Shown one piece after another: positions 49,257 to 59,059 of a DNA stretch of 64,000 bases. The notes beneath the pieces were generated by a model. It did not search any database. It worked only from the letters and a program-made list of their open reading frames with translations, and was not told where the DNA came from. This DNA comes from Candidatus Bathyarchaeia archaeon (GTDB lineage: Archaea; Thermoproteota; Bathyarchaeia; 40CM-2-53-6), in contig JBEKVV010000003.1 of the NCBI GenBank assembly GCA_049513715.1, positions 96,001 to 160,000 on the forward strand, given 5' to 3'. Positions within the stretch are counted from its first letter, which is position 1, and every line of letters starts with the position of its first letter. The position numbers were made by a program, and so were the translations under genes.

Positions 49257-49312
49257 CTCGACAACCTCAATGGGGCATTTCAGCTCAGGGTTTGATTACT
49301 TCCTAACAAGAC

Positions 49313-49507
49313 CTATGGGCAGAATTCTCGTCGCCATCCATTCTTCGCGAAGTATGCTCCACATTGCTTGTCGCGCTGAGTACCTCTGCGAATATTGCAG
49401 TCCTTGGTGAAAACCGACTTTTCCAGCACTCTTTGGGAAGCGTTGTTGTTGGGATGCGTTTCGGCTTGGATCCGAACGACGTCCTTGGTGAGGAATAGGT
49501 AATCGAT
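49313..49507 (-). pseudogene. Frameshifted 3' fragment of a RimJ/RimL GNAT acetyltransferase
   Basis: IDYLFLTKDVVRIQAETHPNNNASQRVLEK, then WSILREEW in another frame; no N-terminus. Confidence 0.7.
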
Positions 49508-49634
49508 CTCAGATTCTGTCAAACGAAGACCCATCCGCGGCGATCTGAATCGTCATTACTTAACATACAATCCTTGTGTATTCTCTAAATGCGCCTAATG
49601 TTATTATTTCTGGTGCAAGCTGAGCATATCTGAT

Positions 49635-50735
49635 TTGCGTGGACACATGCACCAAGTCTTCGAAGACATCTGGAAAATCTATCCTGAAAATATGCTCAAG
49701 AACCGCACGTGGCATTGGTGGTGGTGGATTCACTTTTTCGAGAATCCGGACGCCCCCGAATTCCCTAGGCAGCTCATGATCCTTTGGGGATCCAGGAATT
49801 GCAGAAAAGTTCGCGTGAACGATTATCGTTGGGAACCAACAATCCCAATGCAGATCGACGGGAAACGCACTGCGTTTGAATCAATAGTCGCCTCCTGGTA
49901 TTATGATGGAAAAAGAATGCACGATCCTCTTGTCCTCGATCATGGGAAGACTGAAACTGAACGAGATGACCACTCTGGAAAAATCAGAATGGTAGGTAAC
50001 AAAGGAGTCTACTCATACGGTGGAAGCAGCGCGGATTTCTGGCTGAACGTGGACACGGACAGTGTCGTAATAGAGCTGTCAATGAAGGTGTGGAAAGACG
50101 TTATGGCGGAACTGGTGGCCACTGGAAGGAACTTCATTGGAAACATGGGATATTCAATGCTCAAATACAGAGGCCTGTCGTCATCGGGAAGGATCCGAGT
50201 CGGCGAAACCGAGACCTCCGTTACGGGTAGATCGTATTTCCAGAAAGTGCGAATATCCTCGATAACCCCCTGCTGGTACTGGGGCACAGTACAGTGGGAC
50301 AATGGTGCTTACTTGCAGTACTTCTTGCCGCACATCGGGATACCAATGCTTAGGCGGTCAAGATCCCACGAGAGTTCGATGGACTGGGGTGAAAAAATGG
50401 TTTCAAAGACTCTCAACTTCTACGATCCCGAGGAGGGGAAGGAGCATTTCATGGAAGACATTAAGATAACCAAGCGCTACGCGAATGACCTGCCCATATT
50501 CAATGTGAGCGCATCCTCTGGTCAAAATGAGATCAGCATAGAGATGGAAACATACGCGAGATGTTGCTGGAACATATCGCAACCCTTGATATGGCCGATC
50601 TGGTCAGGGATATTCTACAACGAGTACCCCGCTAAGGTCAGGAATTTCAAATTCAAAAGCAATACTCGCAACGCAAGCAATGACGACTTTGGCAAGAGCT
50701 ATTGCAACTGCGAGCACACGTGGGGTACGGTTTAG
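49635..50735 (+). CDS. Trp-rich hypothetical protein (possible double beta-barrel)
   Basis: TWHWWWWIHFF, SYFQKV, PCWYWG, EHTWG. Confidence 0.75.
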   Translation: MRGHMHQVFEDIWKIYPENMLKNRTWHWWWWIHFFENPDAPEFPRQLMILWGSRNCRKVRVNDYRWEPTIPMQIDGKRTAFESIVASWYYDGKRMHDPLVLDHGKTETERDDHSGKIRMVGNKGVYSYGGSSADFWLNVDTDSVVIELSMKVWKDVMAELVATGRNFIGNMGYSMLKYRGLSSSGRIRVGETETSVTGRSYFQKVRISSITPCWYWGTVQWDNGAYLQYFLPHIGIPMLRRSRSHESSMDWGEKMVSKTLNFYDPEEGKEHFMEDIKITKRYANDLPIFNVSASSGQNEISIEMETYARCCWNISQPLIWPIWSGIFYNEYPAKVRNFKFKSNTRNASNDDFGKSYCNCEHTWGTV

Positions 50736-51222
50736 GGCATCTGTGTTTGCGTAAGCCTGACTCGTACACTATAACACCCGTCATAACTCCAACGGATTCA
50801 AATGTGCCCACGCGTAGTGCAACATGAGCTACTCCTACACGCCCAATCGGTGCAGCAATGAGAAGAAGAGGGAAGCAGCCGCAGCCCATAAACCGTCCCA
50901 GCTGGGCCTAATCCATCTTAACGACAATCCCTGCTTAGACCACTCAGAACGATAGACACGTCCGGTTGCACTGCGCTTCTGCTTCGGTCATGATAGCAGT
51001 TGCCGAATGTGCCAGTTACGGTAACTGGAGATGTTCTGTCGTTTGGTTCCCCGTCGCTTGTGGGGGCAGTTGAGGTGACGCCGTTGTTTGGTGGTTTTCT
51101 GTCGGTTCTAAGGTTCATCGCAGCTTTCAGCTTCGTAACCCTCGACGTCGGAAGATCACTTGGCTTATGGCGACTCAGGCTGCTCTTGTTGGGGGGTTAC
51201 CGTGACGAAAGCGGTTTGAAGG

Positions 51223-52170
51223 TTACTTCTCTCGGGCAGCTATGGTGATTTCTTTCTGTTCATCCAAGAACGTGAGGGCGTCCATTGCTGCCTTGCAGCC
51301 TTCTCCGGCGGCTGTTACGGCTTGGCGGTACCTGTGATCGTGCACATCTCCGGCCACGAAGACTCCGTCCGCGCTTGACTGGGAATGGTTCTTGACGAGG
51401 ACGTAGCCTTTCTCGTCGAGTTGAATTTGGCCTTCAAAGACCTTTGTGTTCGGTTGGAAACCGATAGCAACGAAGATTCCGTCGCATGGAATCACAGACA
51501 GTTCGCCGGTTTTCAGGTTCTTCACCTTGATACCTTCAACCTTCTCCTTTCCTAGGACTTCGTCAATCGCTGAATCCCAGATGAATTTGATTTTCTTGTT
51601 CGCGAAGGCTCTGCTTTGCATGATTTTGCTTGCGCGCAGTGTATCGCGCCTGTGAATCACAGTTACCTCCGCGGCGTATTTTGTGAGGAAGAGGGCTTCT
51701 TCTAGAGCGGTGTCACCGCCCCCAATAACAACAACCCGTTTCTCTCTGAAGAAGTATCCATCGCACGTTGCGCAACTTGAGACTCCCCTTCCCCTGAGTC
51801 GCTTCTCAGTTGGGAGGTCAAGCCATTTTGCGGAGGAGCCTGTGGCGATTACTACCGCACTCGCGGTATACGTCTGCTTTCCAGCTGAGACATGCATGGG
51901 TCTTCGCTTGAAATCTACGGACTCCAAATCTTCATCGACAATTTCTGCACCGAACCGTTCCGCCTGTTTTCGCATTTCCTGCATTAGATCAGGTCCTTGA
52001 ATTCCGTTAGAGAATCCGGGGAAGTTTTCGACACCGCTCGTGAGCATGAGTTGCCCGCCCGATAGACGACCTGCGATTACGAGCGTCTTCACCAATGCGC
52101 GGCCCGCATAGATGGCGGCAGTCAAACCCGCCGGTCCAGAACCAATGATTATGATATCGTAGTCAGCCAT
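51223..52170 (-). CDS. trxB: Thioredoxin-disulfide reductase
   Basis: GSGPAG, GGQL, CATCDG, GGGDTALEEA, AGDV, YRQAVTAAG. Confidence 0.96.
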   Translation of the reverse strand: MADYDIIIIGSGPAGLTAAIYAGRALVKTLVIAGRLSGGQLMLTSGVENFPGFSNGIQGPDLMQEMRKQAERFGAEIVDEDLESVDFKRRPMHVSAGKQTYTASAVVIATGSSAKWLDLPTEKRLRGRGVSSCATCDGYFFREKRVVVIGGGDTALEEALFLTKYAAEVTVIHRRDTLRASKIMQSRAFANKKIKFIWDSAIDEVLGKEKVEGIKVKNLKTGELSVIPCDGIFVAIGFQPNTKVFEGQIQLDEKGYVLVKNHSQSSADGVFVAGDVHDHRYRQAVTAAGEGCKAAMDALTFLDEQKEITIAAREK

Positions 52171-52262
52171 GCTTCTCGCGCACTCGCCCTGCTCGATTGA
52201 TTATAAGCCGAACCCTTAAGCTATCGAACGTAAACATTCGTGTTCGTTTTCCACCTTAATAC

Positions 52263-52760
52263 TCAAGGTTCTCCCGCGTACTCCCCTTTCTTGACGACAC
52301 TTTCAGAGCCACCGATGAATATGACAATAGTATTAGAGAGTTTGTTGAACAGGCGTTGCCTTCTTTCATGGCAGGGTTTCCAAAGCCACCCAACCAGACA
52401 GTCAAGGGGAACGAGGAGGGATTTGCCGATGCTCTGAATCGCAGACGCCTTCAGGCTCACACTTCCGCCTTGGAGATTAGCCAGTCTCACGTTGAGTAGA
52501 AGTTGACCGATGGATCTTCCAAAGTACCATTCCGAGAGCGTCCAGTAAAGGAAGAAAATCAGAATGGAGAGAGGGGACCAAATCGATATGTCGAAACCTG
52601 GCAGCCGCGGAAGCAATATTGCTGGAAGAAGTTGTGTTTCTAGGTCCTCGAGCCTGAAATACGCCAGCATTATGTTGATGATCAGGTAATCGATGAACCA
52701 TGCGATGATTCGGCGACCCCAATTCGCAAGGACGATCTTGTTCGGCGCGGTTTTCTTCAT
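52263..52760 (-). CDS. RDD family membrane protein
   Basis: LANWGRRIIAWFID, GRSIGQ, RQRLFNKLSNTIV. Confidence 0.85.
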   Translation of the reverse strand: MKKTAPNKIVLANWGRRIIAWFIDYLIINIMLAYFRLEDLETQLLPAILLPRLPGFDISIWSPLSILIFFLYWTLSEWYFGRSIGQLLLNVRLANLQGGSVSLKASAIQSIGKSLLVPLDCLVGWLWKPCHERRQRLFNKLSNTIVIFIGGSESVVKKGEYAGEP

Positions 52761-52885
52761 TTCTGAATCAACCGTGTAACCCAGCTCGTCCTAACGTTAC
52801 ATTTCGCAACCACTGTAGAATAGCACGTAAGAATCGAATCGAACACGTCGCTAGATTCTGATTGCTACAGCTAACATTCCCGCGT

Positions 52886-53956
52886 TCATTTTCTGCTACG
52901 AGCGGGACGACCGCCCATGGTCATAGCCATCACGGCCTTTTGCACGTGCAATCTGTCCTCTGCCTGTTCGAAGTACAAGGAGTAATCCGCGTTGTCTATC
53001 ACGTCGTCCGTAACTTCTTGGCCTCGGTCTGCGGGGCCGCAATGCATGTACTTGCCTTTGCTGGTCAAGTCCATCATTTCTTGCGTGCAAATCCAGTCTT
53101 TGAATTTGTCCTGGTACGTGGTAGCGCCGGTCTTGTCGAGTTCTGCGCTGTGCGGGGGGAAGTAGTTCTTCGGAGACCACGCTTTCGGGTAGACTACGTC
53201 TGCCCCTTCAAAGGCCTCTTTCATATCGTTGACGACGCGGAATCCTCCACCGTATTTGTCCGCGTTCGCTTTCGCTGCGTCGAGCACAACATCTTCAAGT
53301 TCAAACCCCTGAGGGTGCGCGAGAACAACATCCATTCCCAAATGAGTCCCAATCAGGACCTCGCTTTGGGGAACGGCGAGTGGTTTGAGGCCCCCTGAGT
53401 ATGCGTACGAAACGACAAGTTTCTTTCCAGCCAGCTTTGGTATCGCGGCCCTCATGGCCTGGGCATCGGCTAGGGCTTGGAATGGATGGTACATGTCATC
53501 CTCCATGTTTAGGACCGGAATGGTGGCGTGCTTTGCGAACTCTTTGACGACCTTGTGGCCTCTGCCAATGTTCCATTTGGCAGCGTCGCCGTAGATCCTG
53601 ATTGCAATAGCATCACCGTACCGACTTAGCACTCTGCTTACGTCGGATATGGCTTCAGTCTGGTATGCCACCATATCTTCTGGGAGGGCCGGAGTGTAGA
53701 CGTCTTGTGGGCTGAGAAAGTGCGCATGGCCCCCGAGCTGGTACATGCCAGCTTCGAACGAGTTGCGCGTCCTCAGCGACCGGTTGTAAAAGAACATGAA
53801 CAGAGTCTTACCAGGAAGGTAATGGTGCGGTTTACGCGCCCGGAACATTTTCCTTAAGACGTCAGCCGCGTTCAGAACCTTCTTGATCTCCTCTTGCGAG
53901 AAATCGTTTGTATCTAGGAAATGCTTTCCTTTCAGATCGCCAACGAATGATGCCAA
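52886..53956 (-). CDS. Atypical transcarbamylase (AOTCase/YgeW-like)
   Basis: SLRTR, HPFQALAD, YAYSGGLKPLAVPQS, YPKAW, MHCGPA. Confidence 0.88.
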   Translation of the reverse strand: MASFVGDLKGKHFLDTNDFSQEEIKKVLNAADVLRKMFRARKPHHYLPGKTLFMFFYNRSLRTRNSFEAGMYQLGGHAHFLSPQDVYTPALPEDMVAYQTEAISDVSRVLSRYGDAIAIRIYGDAAKWNIGRGHKVVKEFAKHATIPVLNMEDDMYHPFQALADAQAMRAAIPKLAGKKLVVSYAYSGGLKPLAVPQSEVLIGTHLGMDVVLAHPQGFELEDVVLDAAKANADKYGGGFRVVNDMKEAFEGADVVYPKAWSPKNYFPPHSAELDKTGATTYQDKFKDWICTQEMMDLTSKGKYMHCGPADRGQEVTDDVIDNADYSLYFEQAEDRLHVQKAVMAMTMGGRPARSRK

Positions 53957-53992
53957 AATGAATCCCTCGGTTTGTCACGGTCACTATTCGAA

Positions 53993-54955
53993 TTAAGCTT
54001 TTAGCACCACGACGTGCGTTCCAGTTCTACCTTCTAGGGCCTCCGTGAGGCTTTCGAGTTTGGCGATTATCGCTCTCTCTCCACCGCTTTCAACGAATCT
54101 GATGGCGGCCTCGATTTTCGGTGCCATGCTGCCTTCTTTGAAATGGCCCTCTTTGAGGTAGTTCCTCAGTTTCCCGGAGGTGATTTCATGAATCATTTCT
54201 TGTTGAGGAGTTCCGTAGTTGATGTAAGCTCCATCTATGTCAGTTAGAATCACGAAAATGTTGGCTCCAATCAAAGTGGCCAAACGTTGCCCTCCCAAGT
54301 CTTTGTCAATGACTGCTTCTACGCCGACAGCGAGGTCGTTCTCTTCTATTATTGGGATTCCTCCGCCACCGGTTGATATAACTACGAACCCGGCATCGAC
54401 GAGTGCCTTGATTGCCGATCGCTCTGCGATGACTTTAGGGTCGGGTGATGGGACTACTCGCCGGTAACCGCGGCCGGCATCCTCCTTGATAACCAAGTTC
54501 GGTTTTTCTTGCCTCAGCTTGGCAGCTTCATCTTTCGAGTAGAATGGGCCAATTGGTTTTGTTGGGTTCTGGAACGCAGAGTCATGTTTGTCGACAATGA
54601 CTCGCGTTACTACAGCCACAACATATTTGTCGATTCCGCGGGTTTTTAATTCGTTCCTCAGCGCCTGCTCAATCATATAGCCAATGAACCCTTGTGTCTC
54701 TGCCCCGCAAGCATCCAGAGGAAAGGCTGGCACTATTGCTTTTGCTGCTTCATGCCTGAGAAGCGTTGCGCCGACCTGCGGCCCATTGCCATGAGTTAGG
54801 ACTACTTTGTAGCCCTGCTCGATTAGGTCAGCAATCTTTGGGACAGTACCCTTTGTGTTTTGGTATTGTTCCTCGAACGTGCCCTTCTGACCACGTTGAA
54901 GGAGTGCGTTGCCGCCCAGTGCGATTACGACGAGCTTCTCTGCCAACTCTCTCAC
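53993..54955 (-). CDS. arcC: Carbamate kinase
   Basis: ALGGNAL, THGNGPQVG, NPTKPIGPF, YRRVVPSP, EAVIDKD, GSMAPK. Confidence 0.95.
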   Translation of the reverse strand: MRELAEKLVVIALGGNALLQRGQKGTFEEQYQNTKGTVPKIADLIEQGYKVVLTHGNGPQVGATLLRHEAAKAIVPAFPLDACGAETQGFIGYMIEQALRNELKTRGIDKYVVAVVTRVIVDKHDSAFQNPTKPIGPFYSKDEAAKLRQEKPNLVIKEDAGRGYRRVVPSPDPKVIAERSAIKALVDAGFVVISTGGGGIPIIEENDLAVGVEAVIDKDLGGQRLATLIGANIFVILTDIDGAYINYGTPQQEMIHEITSGKLRNYLKEGHFKEGSMAPKIEAAIRFVESGGERAIIAKLESLTEALEGRTGTHVVVLKA

Positions 54956-55076
54956 ACCAATAACTCGAAGTGCAGACAGTTGCCAGTTCTAGGCCTTATG
55001 AACTTGTCACATTTAGATTAGCAACGCCTATTTACAACATAAAATCGTCCAACAGGAAAGACTGGAGCTCAACTGA

Positions 55077-56090
55077 TTGCCCAAAGCTGACTTGTCAGGA
55101 AAGGATCTGATCACCACACAAGACTGGTCGATCGAAGAACTCGACGCCACCCTCAAAATGGCGCGAAAGCTGAAGGCCGATTATCACCGAGGACGAGTTC
55201 CACACCTTCTCAGTGACAAGACGTTCTTCATGCTCTTCTACGCCCCTTCAACAAGAACACGGGCTGCCTTTGAGGCCGGTATGACATACCTTGGGGGGCA
55301 TGCCCAGTACATTGATGTCTCAACAACTCGTCTAGGATCCGGGGAGGCTGCGAAGGATGTTGCGAAAATGTACGAGAAATATGGACACGGCCTAGGCGTC
55401 CGAATTCTGGATTCAGCAATCGATTACGTTTACGGTGCAGGCATCTCCGTTGTGCGGGAGTACGCGGCGCACTCCGAAATTCCTGTCATAAACATGGCCT
55501 GCTGCACATACCACCCTACCCAAGGCCTGGCCGACCTGATGACGACTCAAGAAGCCTTGGGGAGAGTGAAGGGAAAGAAGTACGTGATAATGTGGGGGTA
55601 CTCTACGAGCTTCCGCGGCCGGTGCAGCATACAAGAAGAAGCCCTTATCCTCCCACGCTACGGGATGCATGTGGTTCTTGCACATCCACCAGGTTTCGAG
55701 ATCGATCCCAAGATTGTTGAGGTTGCGAAGTCGAACGCCAAAGCAGCGGGGTCCGAATTTGAAATCACAAATGACCTCGACTCAGCCCTTGAAGGAGCGC
55801 ACGCGGTGTTCCCGAGAAACTGGGCATCCAACGAGTTGCTGAGGGTTGGTGCAAGGAAGTTTGGAAAAGAAAAGGAGCTCGAGTTGCACGAGAAATATCG
55901 TAACTGGACCTTAACCCAGGAGCTCTTGGACAAGACGGATGGTAAATCAGTTGTCACACACGTACTACCGGTTCTTCGGGGCGAAGAAGCAACGGACGAG
56001 GTAATGGACGGACCGCATTCAGTCATTTATCCACAAGCTGAGAACGGGATGTACACCAAAATGGCTGTGCTGGCCTTGACGATGAGCTGA
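55077..56090 (+). CDS. Second atypical transcarbamylase
   Basis: STRTR, HPTQGLAD, WGYS loop, FPRNW, THVLPV, QAEN. Confidence 0.88.
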   Translation: MPKADLSGKDLITTQDWSIEELDATLKMARKLKADYHRGRVPHLLSDKTFFMLFYAPSTRTRAAFEAGMTYLGGHAQYIDVSTTRLGSGEAAKDVAKMYEKYGHGLGVRILDSAIDYVYGAGISVVREYAAHSEIPVINMACCTYHPTQGLADLMTTQEALGRVKGKKYVIMWGYSTSFRGRCSIQEEALILPRYGMHVVLAHPPGFEIDPKIVEVAKSNAKAAGSEFEITNDLDSALEGAHAVFPRNWASNELLRVGARKFGKEKELELHEKYRNWTLTQELLDKTDGKSVVTHVLPVLRGEEATDEVMDGPHSVIYPQAENGMYTKMAVLALTMS

Positions 56091-56147
56091 ATCGCTTATC
56101 GCGCTTCGGTATCCTGTTGACAAGCTCTCCAGGCAACAGGTGCGTTC

Positions 56148-57620
56148 CTATGTTTCCAATCGCGAGATTCTCTTGACCTTAGCAGCGTACACGGCATTTG
56201 TTGCTGTTAACGCTGAAACTCCCATGACTAATACGCCTACGATGTAAATCCAATAAGCTAACCCACCGGTTGAAGGATCGATGAAGGCCCATAAAGAGGA
56301 ACCGAGGGTCGCGACGATAAGGCCAACGCCAGCCACCCAACCGCAGACACGTCTCAGCGTACCACTGACCGTATAGCAGTCAACGGCTAGAAGTACCAAA
56401 GCAAAAGCAGCTAGCGTAAAGATACCGAACATCGGATTGATGTTTGTGAACACGTCGTGGTTCGCAGCCATTGTTGAACCGAAAACATCCTCATGGAACT
56501 CGATGTAATACCCTTCAAATACGCTATTGATGACGGCCACTATCCATGTGCCCAGCAGAGTCAGCCTGACACTGTCCTTCCAGGACCTCCTTCCGTTGAG
56601 CTTGGCCAACGCCAAGGGAATCAGCGCGATCATGGCTCCGAGAGCCGTGATCGTCATGACCGTATCGTCACCCGCCATTCCATTCACACCGTCAGGTCCA
56701 CTCGGAAAAATCGTAGGAGGAGAAAACGCGACGACAGCTTCTAGTACGAGGACAATCGATATCGCGATTATGCCGATTGAGGTTACCCACAAGCCAAGCC
56801 TGGCCACGTTCTTGCTTAGGCCTTTCGAGTCTAGAACCTTGAAACGCTGCGCGACCAAAGCAACAACTCCCGTCATGATTGCAATCCCCATCTCATGCGA
56901 ATGAGAACCAACCAACGCACCAAGAAAAGTCTCCAAATCCCCGAACAACGGCACAAAACCTGAAAAGACGCCTGCTCCGAAAATCATTATCCAGAGATTA
57001 ACGAATCCAATCATACCTGCAACGAAAGCCGAACCTACAGACATCAACGCTAGCCAGTATGCTGCACCTGCCTTCGAATATAGTGAGAGCTCTTTTCTAT
57101 TCGGAACCATCCTGAGAACATATTGCGGCCACATCCGAGGTGGCAACGCTTTCATTTTCGGCTTGTAGGTTCCAGCTTGCTTTCGCGGCAAAATTACAAG
57201 TTGGACGAAGAGAGCCCCGCCCACGTCACCGATCAATATGAATGCTACAACAAACAACCCCAAGGGGATGTCCGTTACAGCCGCATCCAAAATGGGACTC
57301 AGGTAGAAGATGCCGCCAACAGCAGCAAAGAGAACAGCCGCGAAAGCTCTATACGCCATTGGAAAGTCAATCGGGGGTTCATACTTTTGGAGGTTGAAGA
57401 TCGAAATAACCAGATATGTTGCGAGAGCTGCGATTCCAATCCCTATCGAATGAAAATAGAGTACACCGTAATAGGTGTCCAGGCCAGCAGGGAGACCCAA
57501 GAAGACGTAAAGCCCAGCCATCACCACGATGATGAGGGTGGTCGCCGAAGTCATTGCTTTCAGCGTCAACATGTAAGTGTGAGTATAGGTAACCTCGCCT
57601 ACTTCCTCAACAGCCGTCAT
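56148..57620 (-). CDS. Polytopic (~12-TM) membrane protein of unknown function with intramembrane His residues
   Basis: Many hydrophobic helices; YFHSIG, GSHSHEMG, EFHED, NHD. Confidence 0.78.
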   Translation of the reverse strand: MTAVEEVGEVTYTHTYMLTLKAMTSATTLIIVVMAGLYVFLGLPAGLDTYYGVLYFHSIGIGIAALATYLVISIFNLQKYEPPIDFPMAYRAFAAVLFAAVGGIFYLSPILDAAVTDIPLGLFVVAFILIGDVGGALFVQLVILPRKQAGTYKPKMKALPPRMWPQYVLRMVPNRKELSLYSKAGAAYWLALMSVGSAFVAGMIGFVNLWIMIFGAGVFSGFVPLFGDLETFLGALVGSHSHEMGIAIMTGVVALVAQRFKVLDSKGLSKNVARLGLWVTSIGIIAISIVLVLEAVVAFSPPTIFPSGPDGVNGMAGDDTVMTITALGAMIALIPLALAKLNGRRSWKDSVRLTLLGTWIVAVINSVFEGYYIEFHEDVFGSTMAANHDVFTNINPMFGIFTLAAFALVLLAVDCYTVSGTLRRVCGWVAGVGLIVATLGSSLWAFIDPSTGGLAYWIYIVGVLVMGVSALTATNAVYAAKVKRISRLET

Positions 57621-57741
57621 TCAGAATCACGAATTCGCTACGATTTGTAATGACTTAACATGTTCGATTATAGAATATAGATTATTCACAACCGCCAAGG
57701 AATAATGTAATGTCCTCTCACGAAGGGGTGACATCCCACCG

Positions 57742-57837
57742 GCCGTGGCTGACGCAATAGTCTACTCTACCGCCGGAGCCTACTCAGCTCGATTGATCAC
57801 AAGCGACAAGAACTTGAAACAACTTCCGAGCGTGTAA
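57742..57837 (+). pseudogene. C-terminal fragment of a VapC/PIN toxin
   Basis: AVADAIVYSTAGAYSARLITSDKNLKQLPSV*; matches the PIN D-x-x-I...T-x-D pattern; N-terminus absent. Confidence 0.7.
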
Positions 57838-57917
57838 TTCAGTGAGTGCCATCCAGGAATGCCATGCAGAATAACACCGACAGTTGTTCCTCTCAATTGA
57901 ACCCACGATATTGGGGA

Positions 57918-57940
57918 GTTCAAATCCCACCCCCGGCGCT
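57918..57940 (+). other. tRNA 3'-end fragment (T-loop plus acceptor strand), possible att scar
   Basis: GTTCAAATCCCACCCCCGGCGCT with no matching 5' half upstream. Confidence 0.6.
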
Positions 57941-57941
57941 T

Positions 57942-58367
57942 TCAGCTCCTCACCTTAAGTTTGATACTTTTTCCGTCGACTGAAACCTCGTAGCTTCGCT
58001 GATCGTACGTCTTGATCTCCGCCAGAATCTTCGCTGAATGTTCGATCAGTTTTAGGAAAGATTGAGGGAGTTTGTCCATGTCCGGGACGCTCCCGCCGAG
58101 TCTTGGTTCTGACTGCTTTTTTCCAGTGGTCACGTCGAACTGTGCACCATGCAGTGGACACGTGACAATGTTTCCTCTGAGGCCGCCACTAGAGAGCCGG
58201 GCGCTCGTGTGGCCGCATCTGTCATCGATCGCGTAGAACTTTCCGTCAACGTTCGCGATGGCAATTTCCCCGTCGTTCACCTCAACATGTTTCATTGTGC
58301 CTACGGGAATTTCATCAACATTGGCAACTTCTAGCCAACCCGAGGAGTCTGATTCATGCATTGTCAA
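57942..58367 (-). CDS. Soluble Rieske-type ferredoxin
   Basis: DDRCGH...VTCPLHGAQFDVTTG. Confidence 0.9.
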   Translation of the reverse strand: MTMHESDSSGWLEVANVDEIPVGTMKHVEVNDGEIAIANVDGKFYAIDDRCGHTSARLSSGGLRGNIVTCPLHGAQFDVTTGKKQSEPRLGGSVPDMDKLPQSFLKLIEHSAKILAEIKTYDQRSYEVSVDGKSIKLKVRS

Positions 58368-58445
58368 TTTCTATCACGCCCCCTGACAAGAGCAGTTAGC
58401 TATATATACTTGGTAGTAAATGCCAACTAACTAGGTAACTAGCAC

Positions 58446-58832
58446 TTGACTAAGTCACCTCAATGCAGCGAGGCAGACTCTGATGTCCATGCTGCGTGGA
58501 ATGATCTTCTGAAGGCTTGGACTTTGCCGGTGATTCATGCGTTGGGACTTGGAGACCCCGCTAGGTTTAACGAGCTAAAGAAAAGGCTCGGGGCGATAAG
58601 CGCCACAAGCCTGACGGAACGACTGAAGGAGCTTGAACAGCGAGGAATAGTACAGAGAAGAGTGTACCCGGAATCTCCTCCAAGAGTCGAGTATTCACTT
58701 ACCAAGAAAGGGCGGGAGTTGCATGTGCTTCTACTCCAACTCGCCGCCTGGGTGCTTAGATGGAACAAGAAACCTGCCATAATCAGTGAATCAATAAAGC
58801 ATCAAAAAACCCCATTGCTGCAATCAAGCTGA
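58446..58832 (+). CDS. HxlR-family transcriptional regulator
   Basis: WTLPVI, RFNELK, LTERLKELE, YPESPPRVEYSLT. Confidence 0.92.
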   Translation: MTKSPQCSEADSDVHAAWNDLLKAWTLPVIHALGLGDPARFNELKKRLGAISATSLTERLKELEQRGIVQRRVYPESPPRVEYSLTKKGRELHVLLLQLAAWVLRWNKKPAIISESIKHQKTPLLQSS

Positions 58833-59059
58833 CCGCATCTAACCTGACAACATAGACGCCTGCGATTCTTTGTGCAGGTCTGGTGCTGCGCACACGCATA
58901 AGAAAACTTCTCTCCAAACTATTTCGACCGACAAAGCGAGGATGAGGGAACTCAGCTAGCTTCTCTCAAGTTCACCATAAACCAATGTGCTGGGCACTTT
59001 GTTATGGCGGTTAAGGTCTCGACCCGATCTCAATGTACCCACTAACACGTGGGTTCGAG

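Noticed and set aside
50740..51220. Long intergenic region with short ORFs, considered as RNase P, SRP or intron RNA
   Set aside because: No diagnostic motifs recognised and the ORFs lack family signatures
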